In this document: positions 44,832 to 54,784 of the stretch, piece by piece
Position numbering within the stretch: the first letter of the stretch is position 1
How the letters are laid out: every line of letters starts with the position of its first letter
IMG/VR virus record: IMGVR_UViG_3300017971_000203
Length of the DNA stretch: 64,000 bases
Direction: 5' to 3' (one strand)
Origin: a virus
Made by a program: the position numbers and the translations under genes
Notes under the pieces: model-generated
The model's input: only the letters and a program-made list of their open reading frames with translations
The model's database searches: none
What the model was told of the DNA's origin: nothing

Positions 44832-47261
44832 TTATCTCTCGCGGACTTGCTCGTAGTAGTCATCCCGGTTCCGGCCCCACCGTGCATACATCGGGATGTA
44901 GTCGTCCCGGAGATCCACGACGATCGGGGCCTTTTTTCCCGAGTGCTCTCTGAGTATTCGACCCCACGGCTGCTCGGGGTCGTAGATCGGCGTTGCCATG
45001 ACGAGTGTGTCGAGCCTCGGAACATCGAAGCCCTCGCTCGCGAACTGATAAGTGGCGAAAATGACCTGCGCCATCTTGGCCTCCACGAGGGCGTCCCCGC
45101 GCACCCCTCCAACGCAGAAGCTGGTCGTCGGCGTCTTCAGCCCGTGCCGCTCTTTCCACTTCAAGAGCTCGAGCTCGGCCTTCGCATCCCCCGCCTGCAC
45201 CAGCTTGAGCAGGCGCCCGGCGACGGGGTGCCCTTTCGGCAGAATCGTCTTCCAGCCCTCACGGAACTGCTCCTCCAGAAGGCTCAAGTGCTTGAGCCGC
45301 TTCGACAACACCAGAATGTACCGCCCTGCCTGAACAGCCCTCGTGATCTGGTCCACGATGATGCGGTTCCGCCTCGGGTTCGCACACACGAGCCGAAGCA
45401 GGAGAGCCTCGTTCTCGGTGATAGCCGGCTTCGGAGGCACGACATCAAACTCTGTCCACACCCTCTTGAGCGTGGGCTTCATGGTGGACTGGTGCGCCGC
45501 ATGGAGCATCTTCCCCAGGTGGAAGAAGAACACATCCTCGGTGCCGTCCGCCCTGCGCGGCGTCGCCGAAAGGCCCACCCTCCAGCGGGCTTTGAACATC
45601 GGAGGGATCTGGGAAAACGTCGGCGCGGAGACCCGGTGCACCTCGTCGAAAATGAGCAGCCCAGGCCAATCGTAGAGGGTGTCCGGGTAGTTGCGCCGAT
45701 GGACCGACTGCATCATCGCCACGGTCACGTGGTAGCCGTGGTGATCGCAGCTGTCGCCCTGGATCGTGCCCACGCGCGCGTCCGGGAGAAACACCTCGAA
45801 GCTCTCCCGCCACTGGTCCACCAGGGCTTCGTTCTGGACGAAAACGATGGTCGGCACACCCATCTCTGCGATGAGTGCGCACGCCCAAACGGTGTTATGC
45901 GTCACCGTGAAGTCGCCCAACAGGAAGCGTCCGTCCCCGTCGAGAGTAAACCCGGCCCACGCGCCTTCCCCTATGGGCTCCACCGAAAAGCCTGTCCGCG
46001 TCGCGACCTTTTTCTGCCTCCTCGGACCCGGGTCCTTCCGGGCCAACCGGAAAGGAACCTCGGAAAAGTCTCCTGACAGGCCCACGCGCCAATAGGACAC
46101 CCCATCGACTACCTTCTCACAGACAGAAGCCCTGAACCCGAGGGACCGGCCCAGAAAAGCAATGTCCTCCGCCCACTGCTTCCTCTTCTGACAAACCCGA
46201 AGCACACCCGCGTTGTGGTGCCCATCCGAGTCGAGAAGTCCCGCCAGGAACGCCAAGCGGGTCTTGCGAGTACCACGGAGATACATCGCGGGGAGCCTTG
46301 AACCGTCCCCATACACCTCCCGGAGCTCTCGGAGGAGAAGGTTACGGACACCGGCCTGCCCGGCCAAATGATAGGTAGGACAACGCCCACCCGTCGTATC
46401 CGCACGAACCCGAAGCCCCCAGCTTGCCGCCACCTCCTCGCACAGCGACACGATCTCCGGATCCGCAGTCGTCACCGCCGCCCGAACAGGGGACTTCGAA
46501 CCGTCCCCGTACCACACTCCGAGAAAGTAAGGGTCAATCCCCCACGCAGGAGGACCCTCCAAGTATCCAGGATAGAACTCCACTCCGTTCTCGGGGGCGA
46601 ATTGCTTCCACAAATGCTTCTGTGTCTTCGACCACCCCAGCCAGTCCTCCACGCACACATCCTTGACCTCATCCGTCTGCGTGTTCACCAGAGTCAGTAT
46701 GTGCGCATCGTTGCACTCCCAGGGTTCTCCGTTGACGGGCACGATCCGATACATCGGACCCGACCCCCGCGTCGTCGACAAGACCTCCCTCGAGCGGCTG
46801 TCCGGTCCAAGCAGGAAATCCCCCTCTCGGACATCCTCCACCGCCACCGCTTCCCCGTCCGACTTGAGGACCTTGGTTCCAAGGGCCAAGCACTTCCCCC
46901 ATCCGGTCGGCGCTCGGACGATGCCCCCGTAGCCCGTCTTGAGCTTCGGCACCACATCGCGGATTGCGAGCTCTTGCCCCGGACGCAGCTGCCCCTCGAA
47001 AGCCAGCCGCTCCCCCCAATCCCCTGTACCCAGGGTGGTCAGGTCCTCGACCTCGTTGTCGAGGCGGGCGTTGTCGAGGAAGAAGGCCCGCGGAACTCCG
47101 AACCACTCAGGCGCCGAGTCCCAGAGGTGCAGCGTCGCGGGATCGGACTGCGGGTGGAGCCGTCTCTGATGGATTGTCAGGGACCGCTCGAGCCGGACGC
47201 ACTTGGCAAACGTGAGCGCGCTCCGGTCCAACCAGGCCCATGAGTCGAGGCGAACCTTCAC
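44832..47261 (-). CDS. SF2 DExH helicase (UvsW/XPB-like) with intein
   Basis: APTGWGK|T, DEVH, LSATP, EGFD and GRILR motifs. Confidence 0.9.
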   Translation of the reverse strand: MKVRLDSWAWLDRSALTFAKCVRLERSLTIHQRRLHPQSDPATLHLWDSAPEWFGVPRAFFLDNARLDNEVEDLTTLGTGDWGERLAFEGQLRPGQELAIRDVVPKLKTGYGGIVRAPTGWGKCLALGTKVLKSDGEAVAVEDVREGDFLLGPDSRSREVLSTTRGSGPMYRIVPVNGEPWECNDAHILTLVNTQTDEVKDVCVEDWLGWSKTQKHLWKQFAPENGVEFYPGYLEGPPAWGIDPYFLGVWYGDGSKSPVRAAVTTADPEIVSLCEEVAASWGLRVRADTTGGRCPTYHLAGQAGVRNLLLRELREVYGDGSRLPAMYLRGTRKTRLAFLAGLLDSDGHHNAGVLRVCQKRKQWAEDIAFLGRSLGFRASVCEKVVDGVSYWRVGLSGDFSEVPFRLARKDPGPRRQKKVATRTGFSVEPIGEGAWAGFTLDGDGRFLLGDFTVTHNTVWACALIAEMGVPTIVFVQNEALVDQWRESFEVFLPDARVGTIQGDSCDHHGYHVTVAMMQSVHRRNYPDTLYDWPGLLIFDEVHRVSAPTFSQIPPMFKARWRVGLSATPRRADGTEDVFFFHLGKMLHAAHQSTMKPTLKRVWTEFDVVPPKPAITENEALLLRLVCANPRRNRIIVDQITRAVQAGRYILVLSKRLKHLSLLEEQFREGWKTILPKGHPVAGRLLKLVQAGDAKAELELLKWKERHGLKTPTTSFCVGGVRGDALVEAKMAQVIFATYQFASEGFDVPRLDTLVMATPIYDPEQPWGRILREHSGKKAPIVVDLRDDYIPMYARWGRNRDDYYEQVRER
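45894..46892 (-). mobile_element. LAGLIDADG intein in the SF2 helicase (333 aa)
   Basis: CLALGT...VTHN|T; LGVWYGDG and LAGLLDSDG motifs. Confidence 0.92.
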
Positions 47262-47482
47262 CGAACAAATGGTCGGGGTATGCCGCCTCGAGCCACTCTA
47301 CCCTCTTCGCCCTGGACGAAGACGACCTCACCTCGAGCGGCCTCGGCCCACCTCTTGGGAGGGAGGTCCCCCGGCTCCTTTTCGAACCAGCTGAAATTGA
47401 TCTCGTGCACCAGGCCCTTGGCCTGGACATTCACGACCATCTTCTGCTTGCCGAGAAGCAGGGTCACGTCTTTGATATCCAT
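47258..47482 (-). CDS. Hypothetical protein
   Basis: RBS AGGAG; tiles the operon. Confidence 0.55.
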   Translation of the reverse strand: MDIKDVTLLLGKQKMVVNVQAKGLVHEINFSWFEKEPGDLPPKRWAEAARGEVVFVQGEEGRVARGGIPRPFVR

Positions 47483-47522
47483 TTCCGTCTCCTGCTATCG
47501 AACCAGGGAACCGGCGGCCGAA

Positions 47523-48362
47523 TCAGAAGGGAATTTCGTCCTCGGCCACCTCACCACCGGAGTTGCTGACGCTGCTCGAACCGCTCTTGGGAGAGCTCGA
47601 GCCCCCACCCGACCCCATCGAGATCAAAAGGTCTTCAATCTCATCGTTCGTCGGAGGTGCGAGGAGCTCGTCATAGTTGAAAGGCGGCACCCGTCGCACG
47701 AGCTTTCCTTCCTCATCGAACTCGACCTGGAAAAGCCGCTGGAGATTGACCATCTTCTCGGCGTTCGCCTCGGCCTCGTTGTACCACTTCGAGAGCTTCT
47801 TCCCGCGGTACATCGCCTTCTCGAAAAGCGCGTCGTGATCCGTCACCTCCTGCAAGAGCTCGTGCTCGCCGCCGATATCCGGGTCGCTCCGAGTGGAGTC
47901 TCGATAGGCCTCGATCACCCAGCCCGCGAAACCGCCCTTGCGCTGCCGCTTTGTCTCCAGGCGGTCGAAGCTGTTGTAGAGCGCCGCCATGAACTTCATC
48001 TCGAACTCACGGACATTGCCACGCTGGTCCGTCCACGACCGCATGTCTACGACCGTGTAGAAGTAGCGCGTCCACCGACCATACCCGCGCCGCTTGTCGT
48101 AACGCCTCCCCAGCTTCTTACAACAGATAGAGTTCGGCGTGTTCGGGCAGGAGAAGTGGTTGTTCCAGCCTTGGCCCGGGAGGCTGGGATTGTGCTCGTA
48201 GGCCGGCTGAGGATCGTCATCGACAGCGACATAGCGCCGGCGTTCGTCCTTTGGCACCCAGAACCTGTCCGGGAGCTGCATGCGCTCCCGAGCCCTCTTG
48301 TCCTTCGCTGCTGCCTCTCTCTTGTCCAGTTTCCAGCTCGGTCTGCTCTGCTCTTCGCTCAT
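47523..48362 (-). CDS. Single-stranded DNA-binding protein (gp32-like)
   Basis: Start MSEEQ; Zn-site pattern H...C......CC; acidic tail EDEIPF; promoter TTGACT-17-TAGATT (48475-48503). Confidence 0.72.
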   Translation of the reverse strand: MSEEQSRPSWKLDKREAAAKDKRARERMQLPDRFWVPKDERRRYVAVDDDPQPAYEHNPSLPGQGWNNHFSCPNTPNSICCKKLGRRYDKRRGYGRWTRYFYTVVDMRSWTDQRGNVREFEMKFMAALYNSFDRLETKRQRKGGFAGWVIEAYRDSTRSDPDIGGEHELLQEVTDHDALFEKAMYRGKKLSKWYNEAEANAEKMVNLQRLFQVEFDEEGKLVRRVPPFNYDELLAPPTNDEIEDLLISMGSGGGSSSPKSGSSSVSNSGGEVAEDEIPF

Positions 48363-48499
48363 CTCGCATTCCCCTTCTTCAACAGCGGATGTTGCTTCTA
48401 TCCCGAGGCCCGCCTTCACCCCGGCACCCGGCACCGCCCATCCCGAATTGGATCGGACGATCCAGACATACCCTAATCTAACAGGACGAGCTTTGATAG

Positions 48500-49429
48500 T
48501 CAAGCCCCGCCAACCGCCAAAGCACGATTGTGCCAGCTGCCGCCCGTGGACTCTATCGACTGCAGCCGATCCGGGTCCCAACCCTGCCTCTTCGCAAACT
48601 CGAAAAGGGTCCCGAGCCCCAGGCCCCCCGACTGCTTGCGGAAGGAGTTCCACTTGGTCTTCAGCTCTTTCGTCCCAGGATACTTGGAGCTTCTCTGCGA
48701 CCACTGGTCCCAGATCCGAAAGCCCCTCCCATTCCCGTTCCCGACATCGTCCCAGGTCTGCAGCGCGAAGCCGATGTGCAGCCAGAGCTCGTACTCCTCG
48801 GGCTCGATGAAAGCCAAAGCAGAGTGAATGACAGGCGGGTCCGCATGCCCCTCCTCGAACTTCCGGGAAGGTGGCCGGAATCCCTTCGGGAGCATCCATG
48901 CGGGTCGGGGAAGGAGCTCCCGCGCCCACTTCGGCACATCCGGCAGCTCCGACACAGGCCTCCCGCTCCACACGTAGACTCTTCCCGAAGCGTGGATAGA
49001 CGGAGGCGCCACCACGTAGCCCTTCGAGAGCACATCGATGAGCCGACTCTCCCCCCGCTGCGTCGCTCGGCCCACCGAGCAGTTCTTCGGACGTCGGTAG
49101 TAGTAGTGCCAGCCCTTCCCGGTCTCCACCGAGAGTGTTTCCGGCAGCCCGTAGCCGTGGGCCTCGTCGAGAGCGTCTCTCCCGTCGATGTCGACAACCA
49201 CGAGCTCACTGGGCTCGAGCAGCAACGCAACGTTTGCATCGGGCCGCCACGACCACCACCGCGCGGCCTTTTTCGCCGTCACGAGCCGGTCCTGGTAGCC
49301 ACTCCTCGCCAGGGGAGCCTTCCCAATCCCATGCTCGTGGTGCCCCCGGCCACAAGCACACAGACCCAACACAGTAGGCCAACAGAGCGGGATCGGGTGC
49401 CACCCGAGGTCCACATAGCTCCGCACCAT
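48500..49429 (-). CDS. Bifunctional primase/polymerase (Prim-Pol) with PriCT-2 domain
   Basis: GWHPIPL, GKAP, VVVDID, GWHYYY, YVVAPPSIH and YELWLHIGFAL motifs. Confidence 0.9.
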   Translation of the reverse strand: MVRSYVDLGWHPIPLCWPTVLGLCACGRGHHEHGIGKAPLARSGYQDRLVTAKKAARWWSWRPDANVALLLEPSELVVVDIDGRDALDEAHGYGLPETLSVETGKGWHYYYRRPKNCSVGRATQRGESRLIDVLSKGYVVAPPSIHASGRVYVWSGRPVSELPDVPKWARELLPRPAWMLPKGFRPPSRKFEEGHADPPVIHSALAFIEPEEYELWLHIGFALQTWDDVGNGNGRGFRIWDQWSQRSSKYPGTKELKTKWNSFRKQSGGLGLGTLFEFAKRQGWDPDRLQSIESTGGSWHNRALAVGGA

Positions 49430-49475
49430 CGTCCAGGGTCCGTGAACGCAAGCTCTCGTCTCATGCTACCCTCCC

Positions 49476-51896
49476 TCAGAAGATCGGCTCTTCCTCGAGC
49501 CCGTCGTCCACGGTGTCGTCGTCAATTTCGCTGAAGTCCATCAGCTCGAAGTCCCAGTGGGTATCGAACGGCGGGATCAGGGTCTCCCGGCCCTTCATGG
49601 GAATCACACCCATCCGGCGGCTCTTCACCATCTCTTCCGTCTGAGTCAACGCGAAAGCGAGGTCCGCGTTCCAGCCGACCACGTCGGAGAGCCCTATGTT
49701 CTCCAGCACATTCGACTGCGGCTTACCCTTCTTCGCCTCCCGGTTGAACTGCGTCGAAGCCGCCAGCGCGACCTCCCTCGATATGCAGATCCGCTTGAAC
49801 TCGTTGAAGACCTCGGCCATGCGCTCCGTGCGCGTCTTCCCCTCTGCCCGGAGCAGGTAGGCCCCATCCACGATCGCGAGCTCGCAATCGGCTTCCTCGA
49901 TGGCCCCGTCGATGGACTCGAGACGGAAGTCGAACTGGCCACCGATGATGTCGAGCCCCACGGCATCCTTCAGCTCCTCGACGCCTTCGAAAAAGCGCTG
50001 CTCGTCCATCTTGGGGAGCTTCCCACGCCGCAGCATCCTGTACGGGAGACGGAAGTACATCGCGGCGAAGCGCTGCAGGATCGTCTCTTGAGCCATCTCC
50101 GTCGTCAGGAAGAGCACCCGATGCTTCTTCTTCCAGGCCTTGAGCGCCAGGTTGATCAGAACCCAGGTATTGTGCACCACCACATCGTTCGCGACGAAGC
50201 ACTCCGTACCAGGAACTGTCAAGTCGAACACCCGTCGGAAGCCCGCTTCCCGGATCTCAACCACACGATCCCAGACGAGCCCAGAAGACCACCACCAGGG
50301 CTCCGAACCTCGCACCCCCTTTTCGTGTATGTGGCAACGCTTATAACGACGGATCCTCTCTCCGTCCCAACACCTCGGAGACCCTGTGTTCGGGTTCCTC
50401 CTCTTCGCCAAGAGCGCCTTCATACGAACCGCTTTCGGCCCCCACAAAGAGAGCTCCCTATCGAAGGCCTCCCAACTCTCCGCGTACACCCGCAAGCGCC
50501 AAGCGTCAAACACAGCCCCCTTCAACCGGGTGGGCTTGTAGTGCACCGAGGACCGAATTCCAAACCGAAGCAACAGGTGAGAAATCTGCCGAAGCATCTT
50601 CCCACTTGCAAGCACAATCCCCGGACCGTTGTCCACATAACCATCGCACATCCAGAAAATCGACAAGAAACGAGCTAGCTGTTCCCGGTCCAACCGAAAC
50701 ACCGCATCCGGTATCGCCTTGTCCCTGGATAGAGTCCTGTCAATCCCATGTTCCCGTAGGAGCTCTCGAACCGGATTGACCCTGCGACGCAAGTCCCCGC
50801 CACCCGTGAACGTGTAATCATAACGGCTCACACGACGAACCGCGGCACCTTTCACCTCGGCCGCCTCGGTAGCCACCCGAACAACCTCCGGATCGCCCTT
50901 CGAAAAGGACACGTGGTGCCCTGTATAGCTGCCGTCCGCAAGGAGCACTGCCAAGAGATCCACATCCTCCGGGGACAAGGCCTCCGGCATCTCAGGGAAG
51001 CCCATTCTACTAGGGGTTCCAACGGTTTCCCCGATGCGGACTCGGTCCGCCCGGCGCCACCCATCCGGCAATATGAAAGGGTGCTCTGGAGTGACAATCA
51101 CCCTCTTTCCGCTTTCGAGAACGAACTGCAGACACCGCTTCGTCCCCGTGTCCACCTTGGCCTGAATGGACCGCGTAACCAAACCACCCGACTTCGACCA
51201 AGACCGAACGTCCTTGAAGGGATCGAGCCCCGTCCGCTCCGAACCCAAGTGTATGTCCGCCAGCGAAGCCTCGCACACCTCCCGGATGGTCCGAACCACA
51301 CCCGTTTGTGGATCCATCAACTCCGTCCGAGCTTCAACACACTTCCCCACGCCCGTGCGCGCGACGAACACAATCAGGTCCTTCGGCCACATCCCGAGGG
51401 TCTCCCCCGTGACAGTCTTCCACGGGAATGGGATCCCCCGCTTGCCGTCCTGGATATCCTTGTAGCGCTTCTTCGCCAGCGGCAGCTGTCCCCACAGAGG
51501 AACCACGGGCTGGATGATGAGGTGCTGCTCCCGAAGGACCTTCTGCGTGTTGTTCAGGGCACTGATCCCTTCATCGACGTCCTTCTTCATCACGGCGGCG
51601 CCGAGCTTCTGCAGCCCGGTGTTCAGGTGGCCCAGCGTGCGGAGCTCCTTGGTCTTCTCCATCCAGAAGTCGAAGGGCTCCGGCGGACAAGCCGGAAGCA
51701 CCACCCCCGTATCGCCCTCGATCGTGGCGCGCGTCGGGAGACCCTCGTAGTCCTTGATGTAGCCGACCAGGTACTGGTAGACCGTCGCCGCATCGGCGTC
51801 GTGAAAGTGAACAGGCTCGAGACCGGTCGAGATCGCTTCCCGGATGCGCTCCCGGCCCCCTTCCAGCATGCTGGATACGAACTCCATGAAAGCCAT
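49476..51896 (-). CDS. dnaB: DnaB-like replicative helicase with intein
   Basis: ARTGVGK|T, TTEM, IVDGAYLL and STQFNRE motifs. Confidence 0.9.
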   Translation of the reverse strand: MAFMEFVSSMLEGGRERIREAISTGLEPVHFHDADAATVYQYLVGYIKDYEGLPTRATIEGDTGVVLPACPPEPFDFWMEKTKELRTLGHLNTGLQKLGAAVMKKDVDEGISALNNTQKVLREQHLIIQPVVPLWGQLPLAKKRYKDIQDGKRGIPFPWKTVTGETLGMWPKDLIVFVARTGVGKCVEARTELMDPQTGVVRTIREVCEASLADIHLGSERTGLDPFKDVRSWSKSGGLVTRSIQAKVDTGTKRCLQFVLESGKRVIVTPEHPFILPDGWRRADRVRIGETVGTPSRMGFPEMPEALSPEDVDLLAVLLADGSYTGHHVSFSKGDPEVVRVATEAAEVKGAAVRRVSRYDYTFTGGGDLRRRVNPVRELLREHGIDRTLSRDKAIPDAVFRLDREQLARFLSIFWMCDGYVDNGPGIVLASGKMLRQISHLLLRFGIRSSVHYKPTRLKGAVFDAWRLRVYAESWEAFDRELSLWGPKAVRMKALLAKRRNPNTGSPRCWDGERIRRYKRCHIHEKGVRGSEPWWWSSGLVWDRVVEIREAGFRRVFDLTVPGTECFVANDVVVHNTWVLINLALKAWKKKHRVLFLTTEMAQETILQRFAAMYFRLPYRMLRRGKLPKMDEQRFFEGVEELKDAVGLDIIGGQFDFRLESIDGAIEEADCELAIVDGAYLLRAEGKTRTERMAEVFNEFKRICISREVALAASTQFNREAKKGKPQSNVLENIGLSDVVGWNADLAFALTQTEEMVKSRRMGVIPMKGRETLIPPFDTHWDFELMDFSEIDDDTVDDGLEEEPIF
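50169..51341 (-). mobile_element. LAGLIDADG intein in DnaB (391 aa)
   Basis: CVEART...VVHN|T; LAVLLADG and IFWMCDG motifs. Confidence 0.92.
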
Positions 51897-52543
51897 CAGT
51901 TACCTCCCCCGACAACGTCGCCCTTGATCTCTCGGGCCAGAGCCTCCGACATATCGGGACCGATGACATTGAAGGCCAGGAAGCAATCGGCCGCCCCCTT
52001 CAACTGCTTCGCGAACTCCGACCGCAAACCGAGGCGGGTCGTGAGGAGGGTCGTCCCCATGTTCATGGACCGCTGCTTCACCAACGACAGCATCTCCGAT
52101 CCGCCATAGTAGCGGTCGTCCAGGTCCTCCTGCGTCACATCGTCCAGAACTAGGAGCTCCACGTCCCGGCACCTGGCAAGGAGGGTCTGCTCTGTGTCGA
52201 ACTTCTCCCCCTCCCGTCTGAGATGCCTAAGCTCCCAGACACGGAAGAAGTGGACGGTCTTGTCGAACGTCCTCGCGCGCCTGCACGCGAGGGACGCCAT
52301 CGCGGACTTCCCGACCCCCTGGGGTCCAGACAACAGCAGGGTCGGTCCCTTCTCCATGTGCTCCCAGAGCCCCTTCAGGAACCTCCGATAGGGCGCCTGC
52401 ACGCTCTCCGGGATCCGGGCTGCGCTCATCCTCCACAGCCTGCGGGGAAGTCCCATGTAGTCGAGCTCCACCCACTCGAGCTTCCTCGGTTCATCCGGCT
52501 TCTTCTTCTTCCTCATTGCATCCCGCCTCCTCGGTTCGGTCAC
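51896..52543 (-). CDS. DnaC/IstB-like helicase loader
   Basis: GPQGVGKS and LLVLDDV motifs; directly upstream of dnaB. Confidence 0.82.
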   Translation of the reverse strand: MTEPRRRDAMRKKKKPDEPRKLEWVELDYMGLPRRLWRMSAARIPESVQAPYRRFLKGLWEHMEKGPTLLLSGPQGVGKSAMASLACRRARTFDKTVHFFRVWELRHLRREGEKFDTEQTLLARCRDVELLVLDDVTQEDLDDRYYGGSEMLSLVKQRSMNMGTTLLTTRLGLRSEFAKQLKGAADCFLAFNVIGPDMSEALAREIKGDVVGGGN

Positions 52544-54138
52544 ATGATGCCAAGCTGCTGCCCCAGCTTGCGCGCCTCTTCATATGGCTTCTCGAGCTCC
52601 GCCGGCGCCTCCACGTCGTGCGGGTTGTCGTCCAGCCAGCTCTCCCGGGCCTTCACTGCGTCCGCCGCGTCGCCCCACTTCAGCGCGTCGTTGACGACCT
52701 CGTCGGCGAAGTACATCAGCAGTCGGATGGACGGGGTCGCCCCCTTCCAGCGCCGCTGCGTCGATACCTGCTCCCAGTAGCGGAGCATGAAGCGCATCCC
52801 GACCTCGAGCTCCTCCACAGTGAAATCTGTAAGGAGCTCCACGAAGTGCCCGCAGACATTCTTCGAACGGAAAGGCCGCCCGGCACGCTCCCCCCGCGCC
52901 TCCATCCCCTCGGTCCAAACCTCCTGCAGACGGTCCATCACCGCCCCCGCGCCAGGAGGAAGGGGCTTGCCCTTGGCGTTCGAGCGCGCCCGGTCCCGCT
53001 CCAGCCGCTTCTCGGTCCGCTTCTCCACCGCATCCCGAGACCGAGCCTCCGCCTTCTCCTTGACTTCGAGCACCTTCTCCCGTTCCTGTGCCGCCAGAAG
53101 GGAACCCGCGAACGGCACGTCCACATTGGAAGGCGGCGCCGGGATCGGCTTGTACTTGCGCTGCTTCTTCTGCTTGCTCCCGCGTCGCCACCCACGGACC
53201 TCGTCTTTGTCGTCTTCGGTGTAGGCGTAAGTAGGAGAAGGGGGCGAGGGCGCCGGCGGAATTCCCTGATCTACTTCCAGCTGTTCGGTTGTTCGTTCTC
53301 CGCCCTGCTGGTCGATCCCCCCTGCCCTATCTCGTGGATGACCCCCACAGTCAGACCCCGGTGTGTTGCGCGCGGGCGCGACAGCGCCCTCAGACGTTCG
53401 ACTCTTTTTTTCTTCTTCTTTTTCTTCTTCCACTTCTTCTATTTCTGTGGGTACCCCGGGATCCAAAACCGGGGAGCTCGTGGTCCGGTTCTGGGGCAGG
53501 CCTGATCCGGGGGTGGACTGTGGAGCGCCCGGGGGTAGCCGATTATTGGCCACCTGAACAGGTGTACCGAAAATCGCCTCTACTGTAGACAGCGCCTTGT
53601 TTTCCGCCGCTTCCTGGAGGATCTCGGCCCGGAACACCTGCACGTAGTTCTCCACGATGGACACCCTCTTGGCTATGGGCATCTCACAAGGGAGCATGTA
53701 GCTCTTTTCACCCTCTTTCTCGAGGGCAGACCAAGCCAGAGAAGCAAAGCGGTCCGCGAAGAACACCTCGTGTGTCTGGATGGCGCCTTCCTCTTGGTGG
53801 TCCTCCGTGTAGCCCAGGATGTAGACGGTGCTCTGGCCCTTCGGGGTCCCTGGACGGAGGACGAAGCCGAGTTCTTCCAGGAACTGGAGCTGCACTTTCA
53901 AGTGGCTCCTCGACAGCCCGGATAGAGCCGCGAGGCGCCGTTGCGAGACTCTGACAGCCAGGATACCTGCTCTGTGGAGCTGCTTCAGGCGGATGTGGCC
54001 GTGTTCATCGGTTCGCCAGACGAAGCGGCGGAGAGCCAGGTAGGCCATCTGGGCGGACTTTCCGAGCATCACCGGGATGCCCGTTTCGAGGTAGTCGTGC
54101 CCTACCGGGGTGAACAGATCGTCGGGTCCTACTCTCAT
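52540..54138 (-). CDS. Replication initiator (N-terminal winged helix)
   Basis: SQRRLAALSGLSRSH...LEELGFV HTH; initiator-loader-helicase gene order. Confidence 0.65.
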   Translation of the reverse strand: MRVGPDDLFTPVGHDYLETGIPVMLGKSAQMAYLALRRFVWRTDEHGHIRLKQLHRAGILAVRVSQRRLAALSGLSRSHLKVQLQFLEELGFVLRPGTPKGQSTVYILGYTEDHQEEGAIQTHEVFFADRFASLAWSALEKEGEKSYMLPCEMPIAKRVSIVENYVQVFRAEILQEAAENKALSTVEAIFGTPVQVANNRLPPGAPQSTPGSGLPQNRTTSSPVLDPGVPTEIEEVEEEKEEEKKSRTSEGAVAPARNTPGSDCGGHPRDRAGGIDQQGGERTTEQLEVDQGIPPAPSPPSPTYAYTEDDKDEVRGWRRGSKQKKQRKYKPIPAPPSNVDVPFAGSLLAAQEREKVLEVKEKAEARSRDAVEKRTEKRLERDRARSNAKGKPLPPGAGAVMDRLQEVWTEGMEARGERAGRPFRSKNVCGHFVELLTDFTVEELEVGMRFMLRYWEQVSTQRRWKGATPSIRLLMYFADEVVNDALKWGDAADAVKARESWLDDNPHDVEAPAELEKPYEEARKLGQQLGIM

Positions 54139-54593
54139 CCCCCCGCCTCCTTACGTGCCAGGATGCGCTTGAACGCTTGCTCCGCCCAGGCGTCTCTTGG
54201 GCGGGGATATCGTTGATCGAACACCAGTTTGATGCCTTCGAGGAGGGGGGTGCCGTCCTTGGCCGAGTGGCAGCAGAGGTCCCCGATGATCAGGATGCTG
54301 TTGCCGTTGTTGCCCCGGATGCGGATCCATTCAAACTCCGCCAGAAGGTCGATGGCTTCTCGAATGTCCTCCTCTTTGAGCTGCAATGCGTCCCCGATCA
54401 TCACGGCGTCGTACAGCACGTGAAGCGTTCCGCTTTCTGTGGGGTCCAGCAGGCCTGTGCCCTCGCCCCCCTGGATGGATCGGTACACCAGAAAGTGGAA
54501 GACCTCGAAGGCGACCGCTCCGATCTCTCGGAGCAGCCTCTTCGCCAGGATGCGGTCGGCCACTCGGTTCCATGTTTGTTCAGCCCACGACAT
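54135..54593 (-). CDS. Winged-helix-like protein
   Basis: IREAIDLLAEFEWIRI pattern; coupled to the initiator. Confidence 0.55.
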   Translation of the reverse strand: MSWAEQTWNRVADRILAKRLLREIGAVAFEVFHFLVYRSIQGGEGTGLLDPTESGTLHVLYDAVMIGDALQLKEEDIREAIDLLAEFEWIRIRGNNGNSILIIGDLCCHSAKDGTPLLEGIKLVFDQRYPRPRDAWAEQAFKRILARKEAGG

Positions 54594-54768
54594 CGTCTCT
54601 CTCCTGTTGGTCTTCGAGGATGAATCCGCGCTCCTCGTTGGTCAGTCGCAGCCAGAGCTCGTCCAGCTGCTCCCTAATCTTGTCGGCTGCGGGACTGTTC
54701 CCTCTGCCGACCCCGACAAGCACCCGGAGTCGCTCCCGGGTCTCGAGGTAGCTCTCATACGCGGCCAT
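54580..54768 (-). CDS. Small hypothetical protein
   Basis: RBS-like GGAAGG; first gene after the structured leader. Confidence 0.55.
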   Translation of the reverse strand: MAAYESYLETRERLRVLVGVGRGNSPAADKIREQLDELWLRLTNEERGFILEDQQERDDVVG

Positions 54769-54784
54769 CCTTCCACCTTCCCCA

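Noticed and set aside
47523-48971. 482-aa ORF as annotated in the track
   Set aside because: The N-terminal extension overlaps Prim-Pol; promoter and RBS support a start at 48362.
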